From assembly GCA_965112155.1 (NCBI GenBank), contig OZ218106.1: a stretch of DNA of 64,000 nt. One strand, given 5' to 3'. Under the pieces are notes generated by a model, which worked only from the letters and a program-made list of their open reading frames with translations, was not told where the DNA came from and made no database searches. Positions 13,505 through 24,980 of this stretch are shown one piece after another. The position numbers and the translations under genes are program-made. The stretch comes from Podarcis liolepis (taxonomy: Eukaryota). Within the stretch, counting starts at the first letter, position 1. Every line of letters begins with the position of its first letter.

Positions 13505-13720
13505 GCAGTCAGCCAACGGTAGGCCCTTGTTTGCAGCAAAACGACAAAGAACCTTTTGGCACCTTAAAAGAGTAACAAATTTTGTTGTGGCACAAGCTTT
13601 TGTGCATTAGAGTCCACTTCATCAGATGCCTGAAGTGTTACTCTCAGTTGCAGCTGACACATGGTGAGGAGTTGTAAGCAGTGAGGTCAGAGGGAAATGA
13701 AATGCAAAAAGTACAGACTG
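13505..13720 (-). mobile_element. Penelope-like (Neptune-type) retroelement end with a degenerate minimal hammerhead ribozyme
   Basis: Minus strand 13625-13598 reads CTGATGA-AGTGGACTCTAATGCAC-AAAA, followed by 'gcttgtgccacaacaaaatttgttactcttttaaggtgcc'. This is the layout of PLE pseudo-LTR hammerheads (CUGANGA...GAAA); the GAAA core is mutated. Confidence 0.6.
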
Positions 13721-13995
13721 ACAGTTCAAACAGAGTCTCTTGCTCTCTCTGGCAAGTTAGAAGGGACAGATTAAACAAAGAGTTGTTATGGGCGGTTGCC
13801 ATGCAGTACTGGAACTCCCTCTTTCACAGGACATATGTAGGCTTAAGCCTGAGTAGAATAAAGCATTGTGACAATAGAAAGACTGGAAAAGCCACTGGAA
13901 GGTTTCATGAAAGGCCTATAGCAACACCTTATAGAACAGTGCAGGTAGCTGCAGAGTAATGCTTGTTTGAAAGCCAGAAGTGCTATTTCGGAAGA

Positions 13996-14130
13996 ATCAC
14001 AGAATAGAATTGTTGGAAGGGACCCTGAGGGTCTTCTGTTCCAACCCCCTGCAATGCAGGAATCTCAGCTAAAGCATCCATAATAGATGGCCATCCAACC
14101 TCTGCTTAAAAATCTCCAATGAAGAAGAGC
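13996..14130 (-). mobile_element. CR1 LINE 3' terminal fragment
   Basis: 'cagaatagaattgttggaagggaccctgagggtcttctgttccaaccccctg...tggccatccaacctctgcttaaaaatctcca' is the reverse complement of the CR1 3' hairpin and (ATTCTRTG)n-type tail. Confidence 0.7.
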
Positions 14131-15418
14131 AAGAAGATTAGGTCTGGAAGATTCACAAAGGCACCAAGTTCTGCAGTATGGCCAATGAGCACATGCCTAC
14201 TGAGAGTGCATTAAGTCATAAACAGGAAGTGATATGAACGTAAGAACAGCCCTGCTAGATCAGGCCTATGTCCATATCATCCAGTGCCCTATTCCCACAG
14301 TGGCCAATGGGAAGTGTGAAAGCAGTATCCAAGTGCAACAGTGCTCTCCCTACTTGTGATTGTCAACAACAGTTCTATGCACTGTGTGCCTGCTCCCGTC
14401 TTTATTGCAGCTTACACGAGGAAGAATTGTGTCCATAGTCTTTGCATTGGCAGTACAGACTTTCTAACCTTGGCCACTGCGTATAAAAAGCAGACTTCTG
14501 GAGTACATATTTCTGCTGCACTCACTTTGCTCCCCTTCACGATCGTCCATCTGTCAATGCCCCTATCAATTTGCAGTCACCGTTAGCTTCCTTGGCTGTA
14601 TCAGACAGCCAAATTGGGGCTGCGGCACATTTTAGTCTCTAATCTATTTCTGCACTGTTCTCTGTATCTGCTAATTTCCCACATTGTTTAGCTACCTAGT
14701 GTATGTTACTAGAAATTTGAATGGTATTCCATACACGTACAGCAGCAGCTGAAGCATGCCAGACATCGGCATAGGTTAGGCATTCTGGCACACACCCTGA
14801 AAAAAAATTCAAATATAAGATCACTTTGAGGTCATCAAAGTGTCACCAGTAGCAGCACAGCTAGAAGATACCATTCAATTAACATCAATTGCTCACAACT
14901 CATTCAATGGCTCGTAAAAGAATTTGACAGATAAAACATAACTTCTGTCTTTTTTTGTTAAAAAAAAGAAGATTTTAGGATGACATGTCTCATGAGCTAA
15001 AATGTTGTGGAGATCTGTTTTCTTCCTCTTCTTCAGTATAGTCACAGAGCTATATTCCTGAAGGTCATTTTACCCAGCCTTCTGGATTAAAACATATTCA
15101 ATACATTAAGCTCAGTGGCACCATCAAAGTAGGACTTTGGGGCGTATATCCAGGGTCCCATCAAGGAGAAAGAGTAACAGGAGCCCCCAAAACACAGCAG
15201 GACTGATTTACCACATTTTGAAGTAAGTGAAGTAATGCACATTACCATCTCAAAAGTGCCCCCCACCAAAGACCAGTAAGTGTAGGGTCTAAAATTACCT
15301 AACTGCACCACTGATTAACCCATTTCCTCATCTCATATCACACATCATTTAAGCATCTGCAGAGAAACACCGAGGAGTGGTGGAGGTCAAGAGTGGTGCT
15401 CTCAAGATTGGAAAGCAG

Positions 15419-15606
15419 CAGAGGCAGATTTAGGGCAGTGCAGCCATTTCCACTACTCTGGGTACTGAACCTAGGGGGCATCGCAGAGTATCACAACTAT
15501 GATGTAGTGAATTGAGCAGAACGGAAGGTGAGAGGCGGGTGTGTGCACTGAAGTTTGGCCTCGTGCAAGGTGCCGCTGAAATTTCAAAGACCAAAGCCCA
15601 CCCCTA
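15419..15606. mobile_element. Short hAT-like MITE (copy A)
   Basis: Termini CAGAGGCAGATTTAGGG...CACCCCT. Homologous in reverse orientation to 17277-17455. Confidence 0.5.
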
Positions 15607-15758
15607 AGGGCAAGGGGATTCAAGATGGAATGAGACAGCCAAACTGGACAGGTTTGCATAACCTGCAACCCATCAAGTTAATCACAGTGAACCAACCTTG
15701 TTTCTCTCTTACCTGCCACCAGCATACAGGTTTTGTAACATAAGGCAGGCCACTAATA

Positions 15759-16172
15759 AGGATGGGGGAGAAATTTGATTCAGTTCACATTTAAAGATGA
15801 ACTTACTAATTTGCACTTATTGAAACAATACAAAAACCAAAATACAGTCATCCTTTGATTTCCCCCCCTTCTTCTCTGAATTTTTCAAAGCAGTTTTCTA
15901 GCCATGTAATATGTACAAAAATGCATATGAATGCGCATAATATTGAAAATAGCATACAGAATTATATTAGAAGAAAATCCTTTTCAATGTGTAGATCAGG
16001 CAAAACTGCATACAAAATGTGGCTATTAGGAGAAAATCGAACTAAAATGTTGATGAATTTTCATGAGAAGTTTTTTATAACAAAAATTGCAAACTGGTGT
16101 GGAAATGTAGGGAACGGAACTTTAAGATTGGAAAAATGAGAAACTGAAACTGATACATATGTTCATCCCCAG
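15759..16172. mobile_element. AT-rich non-autonomous DNA-transposon-like repeat
   Basis: Termini AGGATGGGG.../...CATCCCC. Similar degenerate copies occur near 3917-4330, 13070-13480 and 38330-38540 ('gagaaatttgattcagttcacattt' and its reverse complement). Confidence 0.45.
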
Positions 16173-17276
16173 CTATTAGTTTGCTGTCTAACCCATCCTT
16201 GGCTTGAAAGCTCACCAGTTGTGCAAGACTGATATAGAAAAATACATTCATTTGCCTCAAGCTACTGGACAATGTGATCTGAGGAAACTGCCTTCTGATT
16301 CCAAATATAACACTTATGGCCAATTCAAATGGCCACTGTCAATAGGGCTGAGAGAACACAAGTTGTCTTTTTCAATGGATACGGATGTGTTTAACAGGTC
16401 TTATAAATGTGCCAATGTGTGACTAGTTAGTTGTATCCTGGTTTAAAAATAGCACCTTTTTAGTATGTGAAGTGCTGTGCAGTACAATCCTGACTGTGTT
16501 TATTCAGTAAATAAAATTTCACTTATAAAGATAAGCTGAAAGAAATGTGAAAAAGGAAGAGGAAGGGAGAAGTTGTGAATCTCAATCAATCATGTTTGTT
16601 CAAACACTATTCTATTCTGCTGCTATTCAATTAAAAAAAAGTAAACTCCTAAACTGCACAGAAAGTGTGGAAACGGTGTGGTTTTTTTACATTCAGTATC
16701 CCATATAGTAAATGGAACTGTCGCCCAGGTAACTGTGATTAAGCCATTCATCTGCACTTCTCTTATAGACACTCTCCATTTTAACTGTAACTGAGGCTGA
16801 AAACAATGACTTGCCCAAGGCCATCTAGCGATTTGAAGTCAGGATTCCTCAATACAAACTCTATAGTCTATAATGTATCCCCTCCACATCACGCTGAGTC
16901 TTAGGTTTTGGGAATAATTTCCAGGATGCGATGGATCATGTGACAGATGTGGCTTCAGCCCTTCACGAGATCAGTTCAGCACTTAAAAACCAGTAAAATG
17001 GGGACCAATCTCGCCTTTGAATAGTGAACTGAGGCACTGAGTGCTAAGGGCTGTGCTGATGCTTCAGATGATTTTTAATTAAGCCCTTCAAAGGTGGTGG
17101 GAGCAAAAGTTTTAAAGGAGGGAATAGAAATTTGTTTTTAAAGGATACATTTTGATGGAAGGAGCAGGGAAGAGTGGGCTGACAAGGATGGGGAATCATC
17201 CCTGACCATTTTTCATGCTGGCTGTGGCTAATGTGAGTTGGAGTCCAATAATATTTGGAGGACCATTGGCTCTCTG

Positions 17277-17455
17277 CAGGGGTGGAGTTTGGTCTTTCAA
17301 ATTTCAATGGCCCCAGTGCAAGGCCCAAATTCAGTGCCCCCCACCCTCTGTTCTACTCAATTCACTATATGTCATACTTGTGGTGCCTTGCAGCACCCTC
17401 TAGGCTCAGCACCCAATGTGGTGAAACCAGTCTCTCTACCCTAAATCTGCCTCTG
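17277..17455. mobile_element. Short hAT-like MITE (copy B, inverted relative to 15419-15606)
   Basis: CAGGGGTGGAG...CCCTAAATCTGCCTCTG. Internal 'ttggtctttcaaatttca' and 'ctcaattcacta' are reverse complements of segments in copy A. Confidence 0.5.
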
Positions 17456-20400
17456 CTCCCTATCCATGAGCTTAGGAACTATACAAAGGTGTTTGAGAGC
17501 TGTTTTTATTTAGTTCAATGAAAAACAACACCTCCAGTGCTTTCCTTCAGTAGTGCAGGGCCCTTTAAAATCAACATTCCAGAAAGCAAGGTTTTCTGGA
17601 ATGATTATATGGCCACACATGATGTCAAGCTCCAGCACCGATTTGTAGAGTTTATAGAACATTTCAATCAAGACTCGGAAATGAAGCTCTCTACTCAACA
17701 TTTGGTAACATCTCATTATTTCAAATATAATGTGTCGACAACAACCCAGCTAGCCAGAAGGCCCAAGAGGAATAGCTTACATGCTTCTCTATATTCCAGG
17801 AATTGTTTTCTAGAATAAAAAGTGACACCCAAAGTGGGGATTCAAGGAAGGGGAGAAAGCTCCGGTGCCATTGTGCTAAAGCTTGTCCCATAAGCATGCA
17901 AATTGTGTGCAGATTTTGCCACTTAAATGCAGAGAAATATGTGAACATTTGCTGTGGCCCTCCATGCTCGAATAAGCAGCTCACCTCCGCCCCGTGATGT
18001 AAAAGAATGAGGCTGATTAACGACATGGTGAAAAAGGGGAGACGAGATTATGAGAATAATGCATAACAAAAGACATAATGTTACTCATGGTAATGCTGCC
18101 GATTCTTATACTACAACAGGAAGGATCTGCCCCATAACCATTAATACCCCTTTTTCATTCTACCCTGCTAATTATATTTTCAACTAGATATATTATTCGT
18201 AAGTACTCTAAGTGCTTTTCTCTGATTGCATTGGTGCAGTTAGGTGAGCCATTACCTATCATTACCTTTATTTCAAATTGTCAATTCTTTTTCTCCGTAG
18301 CCAGCATCCTTGGAAAGGCACGTGAGAGAAGAGTCGGAGTCTTGATCAGAAAATAAAATCTCTCTGTAAAAAATGAGGTGATAGAAATGTGAGCAAGGAA
18401 AAGGAAGAGAGGAGATGTGAATCTTTATAAATCATCTTTGTCCAAAGGTCATTCTATTCTGCGGCTATAAAAAACCCCAACACCCTTCATAGCAAGCGTG
18501 GAGATGGTTTTGTCAGCGACTCCTTTCCCTCCTTTGTGCTTACAGCCTCAAACGTTGTTTACATAGTATTTATCAATGCCGTATGGTTACATTATATATC
18601 CTTAGAAGAGACAAGGAACAAAAGAGGCAAGGAACGGATTCATCTATGAAAATTCCTTAGCTGAAGTCCATTAACATCAGGAAAGGTAATTGCATCCCCC
18701 TTCCCAAATATCTTTTAAAATTCTGGACAAAGCAATCCCTGGCTGGCAGGGACTGGGCTTAATGGAGCAGCCACTACCTCACTAGACAGGCTTGGAAATG
18801 CTCTTGTACTAGACCAGCTTCTGGGCCGGTGCAGAGAAGAGGCCCAGATTGGGCCCACTGCTAACACATGACAGCAGCAGGATCCTGTACAGACTCTGCT
18901 CTTGTCCCCTAAATGCCCCATATTGGTAGTTTCTGATTGGCACTTCCAGCAGGGACACAACCAGCAGTAGCTTTTGCCCGTCCACTTTGGGCAACAGAAA
19001 ATCACTTGGACCCATGCCTAGAAAGCATGCGACAAGCAGAAAACCGCGCTGACTCGTGTTTTCTAGGCACATGATAACTGGATGAGCCCTTGGCTGGGGT
19101 TTCATTTCAACTGTGAATTTCATCTGGATGGTATTTGTCCTTGGGGGCTGCAGCTGATACACCTTTATTGGACAGAAAGTAATGCAGCAATTCAGCCGCA
19201 GTTCCTCCATTTTAGATATTGTTCTCCTGAAAATAAATCACTTTGTCTGTACGTGGTTTCTGGTTTTGTTTCTTGGTAATCTAGAATCTTTCCCCTTCTA
19301 ATCATTGTACTATATGATTGTTCCATTTGGTACAGTTTCCCCAACCAATTATTTAACATTCTTTTCCACTAAATTGCATTAGCCATCTGCCAGCTTAATT
19401 ACCTAAATTATCCAAATCCTCCTGAATCCATTTACATTACTTGTCATCATTTGCTCTAAGTATCAGCAATGAATTTGATGGTGTTATTCCCCACCCTGCT
19501 ATTATTGCAATCACAGGCATAGGTCATCAGTAATAGCATTTGGTATCGAGCCTTTATGTCACCCACTCTTCTTTCATCCAAAACCAACCTGGCCTGGGAC
19601 ACTGAAGGTCCACATCCACCATTTCAGTTCTGAAGAACTTTACAATTCCTGCTGAACATGGCCTAGCAAAACTGATCTTAAAATTTTATATCAAAGCATC
19701 CTACATTTCCCCAAACATGCTATAGTGGTCCTGATCTTTTTAATGAGGAAGTTTGAAGTGGCTTCTTCAGTAAGGTCTTCCTAGTACCCTTCTTTTCTTA
19801 TTACTATAATAGCAATAAAAATACTTTTACTTTTTTTAAAAAGAGCATCTGTTGTACTTGCAATGTGATGGATACTATACAGAAAGCACACACACTTACA
19901 TCCCTTTCCTAGAAAGCTGGTGGTCCATGCCAGCTGAACAGTAAAGGAAAAAGGTCCCCTAAGCACCACAACATTGAATGCAGGGTGGGAGAGATTGCTG
20001 GGGCAGGAAAGAGGCAGCATAGGATGCCGTGTGGCAGGGAAGACGCAGGACTGCATTGTTTCAGGGTATTTCAGAGCTGTGCAAGAGAGGCGGCAATGAG
20101 GCTCAGAATAACAGAATCACAAATTGTAGAGTTGAAAGAGGCTCAAAGCATCATCTACTTCACCCTGTACAATGCAGTAGTCCCAGCTAAAGGGTGTTGC
20201 CTGGGCAGGCCAAAGAACATCACAACCCATTTTCCTGCTACTTTTTGGACTGAGGAGCACGTTGGACTTTGGGTGGTCATTTTTCTAACTGGGAAGGGAC
20301 TTTTGTCCTGGTCCTGATTGGCTGATGGTCCCCCCCCCTTCCTGGGGTGCTGGTGTTGTTATTTATATTTACTGCTTGCTTTCCTCTCCACAAAGGTGAA

Positions 20401-20835
20401 CTCACAGTGACTTAGGGTTCTTCGATACTTGTGCCATGCCTAGAAAGCATGGGGCCAAGTGGTTTTCTGCTTGACCCACACTTTCTAAGCATGGGTCTGA
20501 GTGATATCTCCTTTGGCCTGCTCCTTTCCAAGGGAAAATCTGCTCTTTAGTGATAGATTGGAACAAATGGCAATCCCCGGGGGGAAGCAGTGGGGCAAGC
20601 CCTTACAGAAATAAACATAAAAAACAAGTACAAGACAAAACACCCAGTAATAATTAGTATAAAAGAGCAGCATAGTTAGTGAGAGTTCACATGCTTTGGT
20701 TTATTTGGTTCTATTTTGCTTTGTCTAAAGTGCTTCCCTTTCGCTCTTGGGTTAGCTGGCTCTGTTGAAAGAGGAGAAGGAAGAAATAGAGGGGTGGGGG
20801 ACTGGATGGTGAGAATGGCCGCTCACCGCTTCCAC

Positions 20836-21309
20836 GGGGGGGGGGGGGGGACAGTTGCTGCGCCTCGTGCTCTGCCTTCATCCCTGGTAGTCAGAACAGG
20901 CTCACCCGCAGGCTGTTGTTGGGAAATTCCCTTCCGCCGGCGGTATTAAGGGGCAGTCTTCTCGCACAAAGGTGCAACTTTGATTGGGCCAATTGGATGG
21001 CTGGCCAGGCATTTGCTGCTGCCTTTCCGAACGCTTGAAAAGCCAGCTGTGTGAGGCTTCCACAGCAGTGAACCTTCTGTTCCCTGGTCCCAACTTCATT
21101 CGGTTTGGAAGAGAGAGCCAAGTTTGCTGGCTCTCCCAATACAATCTTCCTGCAGACTGTAGAGTCTCAGTGGAAGCTGGGGAGGACTTTGAGCAGGCTG
21201 AACAGAAAGAGGTGTCTGAACTGGAGCCAGAACAGGAAGGTGCAGTCTTGTCACCTGGAACCATCTGCCCTGACACAGCACACACTTGCAATCTTGGCAT
21301 TTCCACAAG
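20836..21309 (+). promoter_or_regulatory. Candidate Pol II promoter and non-coding first exon
   Basis: TE-free segment with local CpG enrichment. It contains a G15 run (20836-20850), a canonical NF-kB site GGGAAATTCCC (20921-20931), TATTAA (20944), clustered ATTGG/CCAAT boxes (20983-20996) and a strong splice donor AAG|GTGAGA after 21309. Confidence 0.35.
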
Positions 21310-22217
21310 GTGAGACAGCCTCACGACTAAGCAGGCCACACCTTTAAAAGCATGATAGAAGTGGTGGGAAACCTTGTTGGGGCATCTCTTTCACTTCCAT
21401 CCAGATCTGAACTTCTTCCCTTCCTCCTGAGTTCCCAACTTCTAAGCATTGTTTCAGCTGCCGAGCATCTACTGTTACTTGCCTGAATGGAGCTATCTTT
21501 CTTACTCATAAGTAAAAGCTTCTGCCTGCATATGCTGGGCAGAAGCTAGGACAGGTGGTTGGTAATATTATGATGGAAAAACCTATAAATTAGATTGGCT
21601 TTGATTCTTCTTTTGTTTAGTTTTCTGCTACCTAAGTGGCTTAATTAAAATTTCAATTTTATTCAGAGCTCAGTTTGTGATAGCAGATTGGGGTGATGCA
21701 TTTGGCAAAATTTCTTTCTGTCGTGTTTCCGCACTCAGTAATCTGATGTACATCCCCAAATGAGAAACAAGAAAGGTTCACGACAAAGAGAATTTATATT
21801 ATATTCCTTTCATTCCAGGATATGAGTCATGGGGAAGACAAATGACCTTTATCAGATTGGAATTTAATTTGAGATTCCTTTTGAATGAACATTTGTCATG
21901 CTTTATTTACTGATGCATGGTGGATTGCAGGTTGTTTGAACTTAATATAAAACTACAGTTTAGTATTGAGTTATTCATTTTCTAAGGATCAACTTTTCTT
22001 CTGCCTGCATGTCTCTAAAGCTACAAAAGGGGACAAAGAAATTAAAAATTGTTCTGTAATTTTTTTTGTTTCTTTCTAACAAATTCTCTGTTTAAATATA
22101 TTTTCAAAGTTTTGGGATGTGAGTTCTGACAATTTTTTTGCTATGAGTCCTTGCTTCAGATTTAAGACCCAGGAGACAAAGTCGTATTCTAGGATGGCTC
22201 CAAACCAGGTTGTTATT

Positions 22218-22218
22218 C

Positions 22219-22259
<41 letters not shown>

Positions 22260-22260
22260 T
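22218..22260. repeat. (GT)n(GC)n(GT)n compound microsatellite
   Basis: Uninterrupted alternating purine-pyrimidine tract of about 43 bp. Confidence 0.95.
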
Positions 22261-22884
22261 TAGCTTGGTTTGATTCAGCACATGGCAACTGGTTGTGCGA
22301 ATGTGTTCATTCTTAACACAACTTACTGTACTGTTCATTAGTGAGCTCTGTAAACTCTTCAGTCGCAGCCATTGTTAGATGTTAAGTCTATGCTGTTGCA
22401 TCTCTGCCCATACTTGAAGCTATTCACATGAGCAATCACTCTGTAGTGATTCATAGTGAGTTGCCTACAAAACCAGATTAACTGAAATATAGCTGAAAAA
22501 AGGCCTTGAAGTTGGCATTCCTGTTCTCTCCTGAACCTGTTTGGTAGACAAAATATCTAAGTCAGGGCCAGCCAAAACAAACAAACAAAACCTATTATAG
22601 CCCTTGACCAGCTTGTCCAAACTAAAACTCAAAAAGGAACATCAAGTGAGAGACGTCAAAGAAAGACATTCCAGGTAGTCTATGGGTAGATCTACACACA
22701 GGGGGAAAAAACTATAAATAAGTCAGAAATTAAATCGTTATAACAAAAGAAAAAAAATGCTATGGAAAAACTGCAAAGAATTTTTTTTTGCTCTCCAGCG
22801 CCATTTAGTTTTGCATTCAAAACACTTTTTTGACTAATGTAGCTGAGTCCTAGGTTGCTTCTACATCAGATTAGCATTCCAGTT

Positions 22885-23755
22885 ATCAATTAAATGGTGC
22901 TACAGTATTTTGTATTTGGTTTATTGTCACTGGATGCCCAGCATCTAGGAATGCTTATTTCCAGCTCTAGTTGGCTCACCAGATGTGGCTCTGTTTGGGC
23001 AGAGAGTACTAGGCCATTGTTCTCCATGCTCAGGCGACATCCAGATTGGATTATTGCAGCATGCTCTGTGTGAGGCTGCCTTTGAAGACAACTCAGAAAT
23101 TTCAACTGTTCTGAAATTCAGCAGCCAGATTATTGTATGGGGTTCAATTTAGAACCCACATCACACAACCCTTCTTTGACAACAGCTGCACTCCTTGCCA
23201 GTTAATTTTCAGGCCCAATTTGTATTAGTGTTCAAAGTGCTAAAGAACTTAGACTCCAAATATCTGAAATACAGTCATACCTCGGGTTACAGGCGCTTCA
23301 GGTTGTGCGTTTTTGGATTGCGCACCGTGCCAAACCTGAAAGTACTGGAACGGGTTACTTCCAGGTTTCGACACTTGCACATGCACAAAAGCGCTAAATT
23401 GCACTTTGTGCATGCGCAGGAGTGCCAAATTGTGACCCGCACATGCGCAGATGCTGCACTGCGGGTTGCGAATGTGCCTCCCGCATGGATCACATTCGCA
23501 ACCCGAGCATCCACTGTACTGCCTACAGACCCTACTAAATTTAAATATAAATTCAATGCAGCTCACCCATAGTGGGGAGGACCATGGTCAGAGAACCTAT
23601 GTGCTTGCTCAGTCTGTTGTTCTACTGTTGGTGGGGTCCCTGGTCTCCCTTCTTTTGATTTCTTATCTTTAAGACAGATTTCATTTTAAGCTGTTGCCAG
23701 AGACACTTTGAGAGCCTGGAGAGGTGGGAGCATAAAATAGTTCAAATAAATAATT
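22885..23755 (+). mobile_element. Degenerate L2 LINE 3' fragment, interrupted by a MITE
   Basis: 'tccagattggattattgcagc' (SRLDYC), 'ctgcctttgaagacaactcagaaatttcaact' (LPLKTT..LQL) and LH.LPVNFQAQF motifs; (AATA)-type tail near 23745. Confidence 0.65.
23272..23516. mobile_element. Tc1/mariner-pogo (Tigger-like) MITE
   Basis: TA|CAGTCATACCTCGGGTT...AACCCGAGCATCCACTG|TA; TA target duplication; inserted in the L2 fragment. Confidence 0.75.
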
Positions 23756-24204
23756 GAATTCTATTTTCTTACAATGTTTCTAATTTCAAAAATTTAGGGC
23801 CTTAATTCCTTTGAGTTGCTTTTGTTTTCCTTTTTCCATTTCCCTTTAAAGCTCCCCACCCCCTCTAAAGCAAAGATTATGTGAAACGTGTATGTGAAAC
23901 ACGGCTGCAGGCAAACCTAAGCTGGCATTTCCAAAAGAAGAATGGTTCATAAACTCCCCTTACCCCCTTTCCATTTATTTATTTATCTACACTTATTGCC
24001 CACAGCATCTGTGGCAGTGAAGCAGCAAATGCGCATTACAAGAGAGGCTAAGAATCATCAGAACAAAACACGAGCGAAGCCCAAACATCTGTTAGGAGCA
24101 GTAGAAAGAACAACAAAGTTTTAAAATGATTCCCGTTACAGAAACACTTTTGTCTTGGGTTTCCTAATGTTTTCTTTATTGGTTGGTTATTCAGTTGACT
24201 ATTC

Positions 24205-24980
24205 AGGCACCATCTGCACTTTAACGCAGCATCATACCACTTTTAAAAAGCCCTGACTTCTCCAAAGAATCCTGCAAATCGTAATTTGTTAAGGATACTG
24301 AGAGTTGTTCGGAGACCCATATTCCCATCAGCGAGCTACACATTCTGGGGAAGAGGAATTGATTGCCAAACCACCGTGCAGACTGTAGCTCTGTGAGGGG
24401 ACTAGGGACCTCCTAGCATCTCCCAGCACCTGTCAGGGACTGGGCAGAGGAGGAATGGTGGGGACAGGAAGACAATATAGATTTACAACAGTGGTTTGCA
24501 GGAGGTCACAGCTCAGAGGCAGATGAGGGGGAAAGTTGGGGAATCGTGGGAGAGCCAGAACAGCTGGCTGACATGTTGTCATTAGAAAACATTCCTGACC
24601 CTCCATCTCCCAGAACCTGTTGAGCCTTAAAAGTAGGAGAGCAAAGAGCTCAAAGACAGAGAGCACATAGCAGCACCCGTAGAGATGATGAGAATGATGA
24701 ATGAGGAAGTGGGAGAGACGGGATGGGTGGGTGGAGAGTCATTCGGGACAATGCCATTACACAAGAGGCTCGGTTCTATAGCCTCTCTCTGTAAAGATTG
24801 GAATAAAAAAGGACTGTAAGAAACTTGTATTTATAATTTCCTGGGCAACTAGCTGGGAGCTGCTGACAGCATCATGACAGCACCCTTAACAAACTGTAGT
24901 TCCTAGGATTCTTCAAGAGGAGCCACGACTGCTTAAAGTGGTACAATATGGCTTTAAATGTATAGAACAGATAAGGCCCC
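24205..24980. mobile_element. Palindromic non-autonomous DNA element (PIF/Harbinger-like), split by a solo LTR
   Basis: The left arm (ccatctgcactttaa...aaagaatcctg...cagcacc) and right arm (cttaacaaactgtagttcctaggattctt...gctttaaatg...cagataaggcc) match the uninterrupted copy at 26703-26982. Confidence 0.55.
24431..24879 (+). mobile_element. Solo LTR (Gypsy/ERV-type)
   Basis: TGTCA...TGACA inverted termini; perfect 5-bp TSD GCACC (24426-24430 / 24880-24884); AATAAA near 24802. Confidence 0.8.

Noticed and set aside
18301-18377. Possible exon after a strong acceptor (ttctttttctccgtAG)
   Set aside because: All three frames contain stops and the donor (GAG|GTGATA) is weak; cannot be supported without transcript data.
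20902-21509. Cluster of 60-145 aa ORFs
   Set aside because: Mostly non-ATG starts on both strands with no recognisable protein; better explained as moderately GC-rich promoter or 5' UTR sequence.
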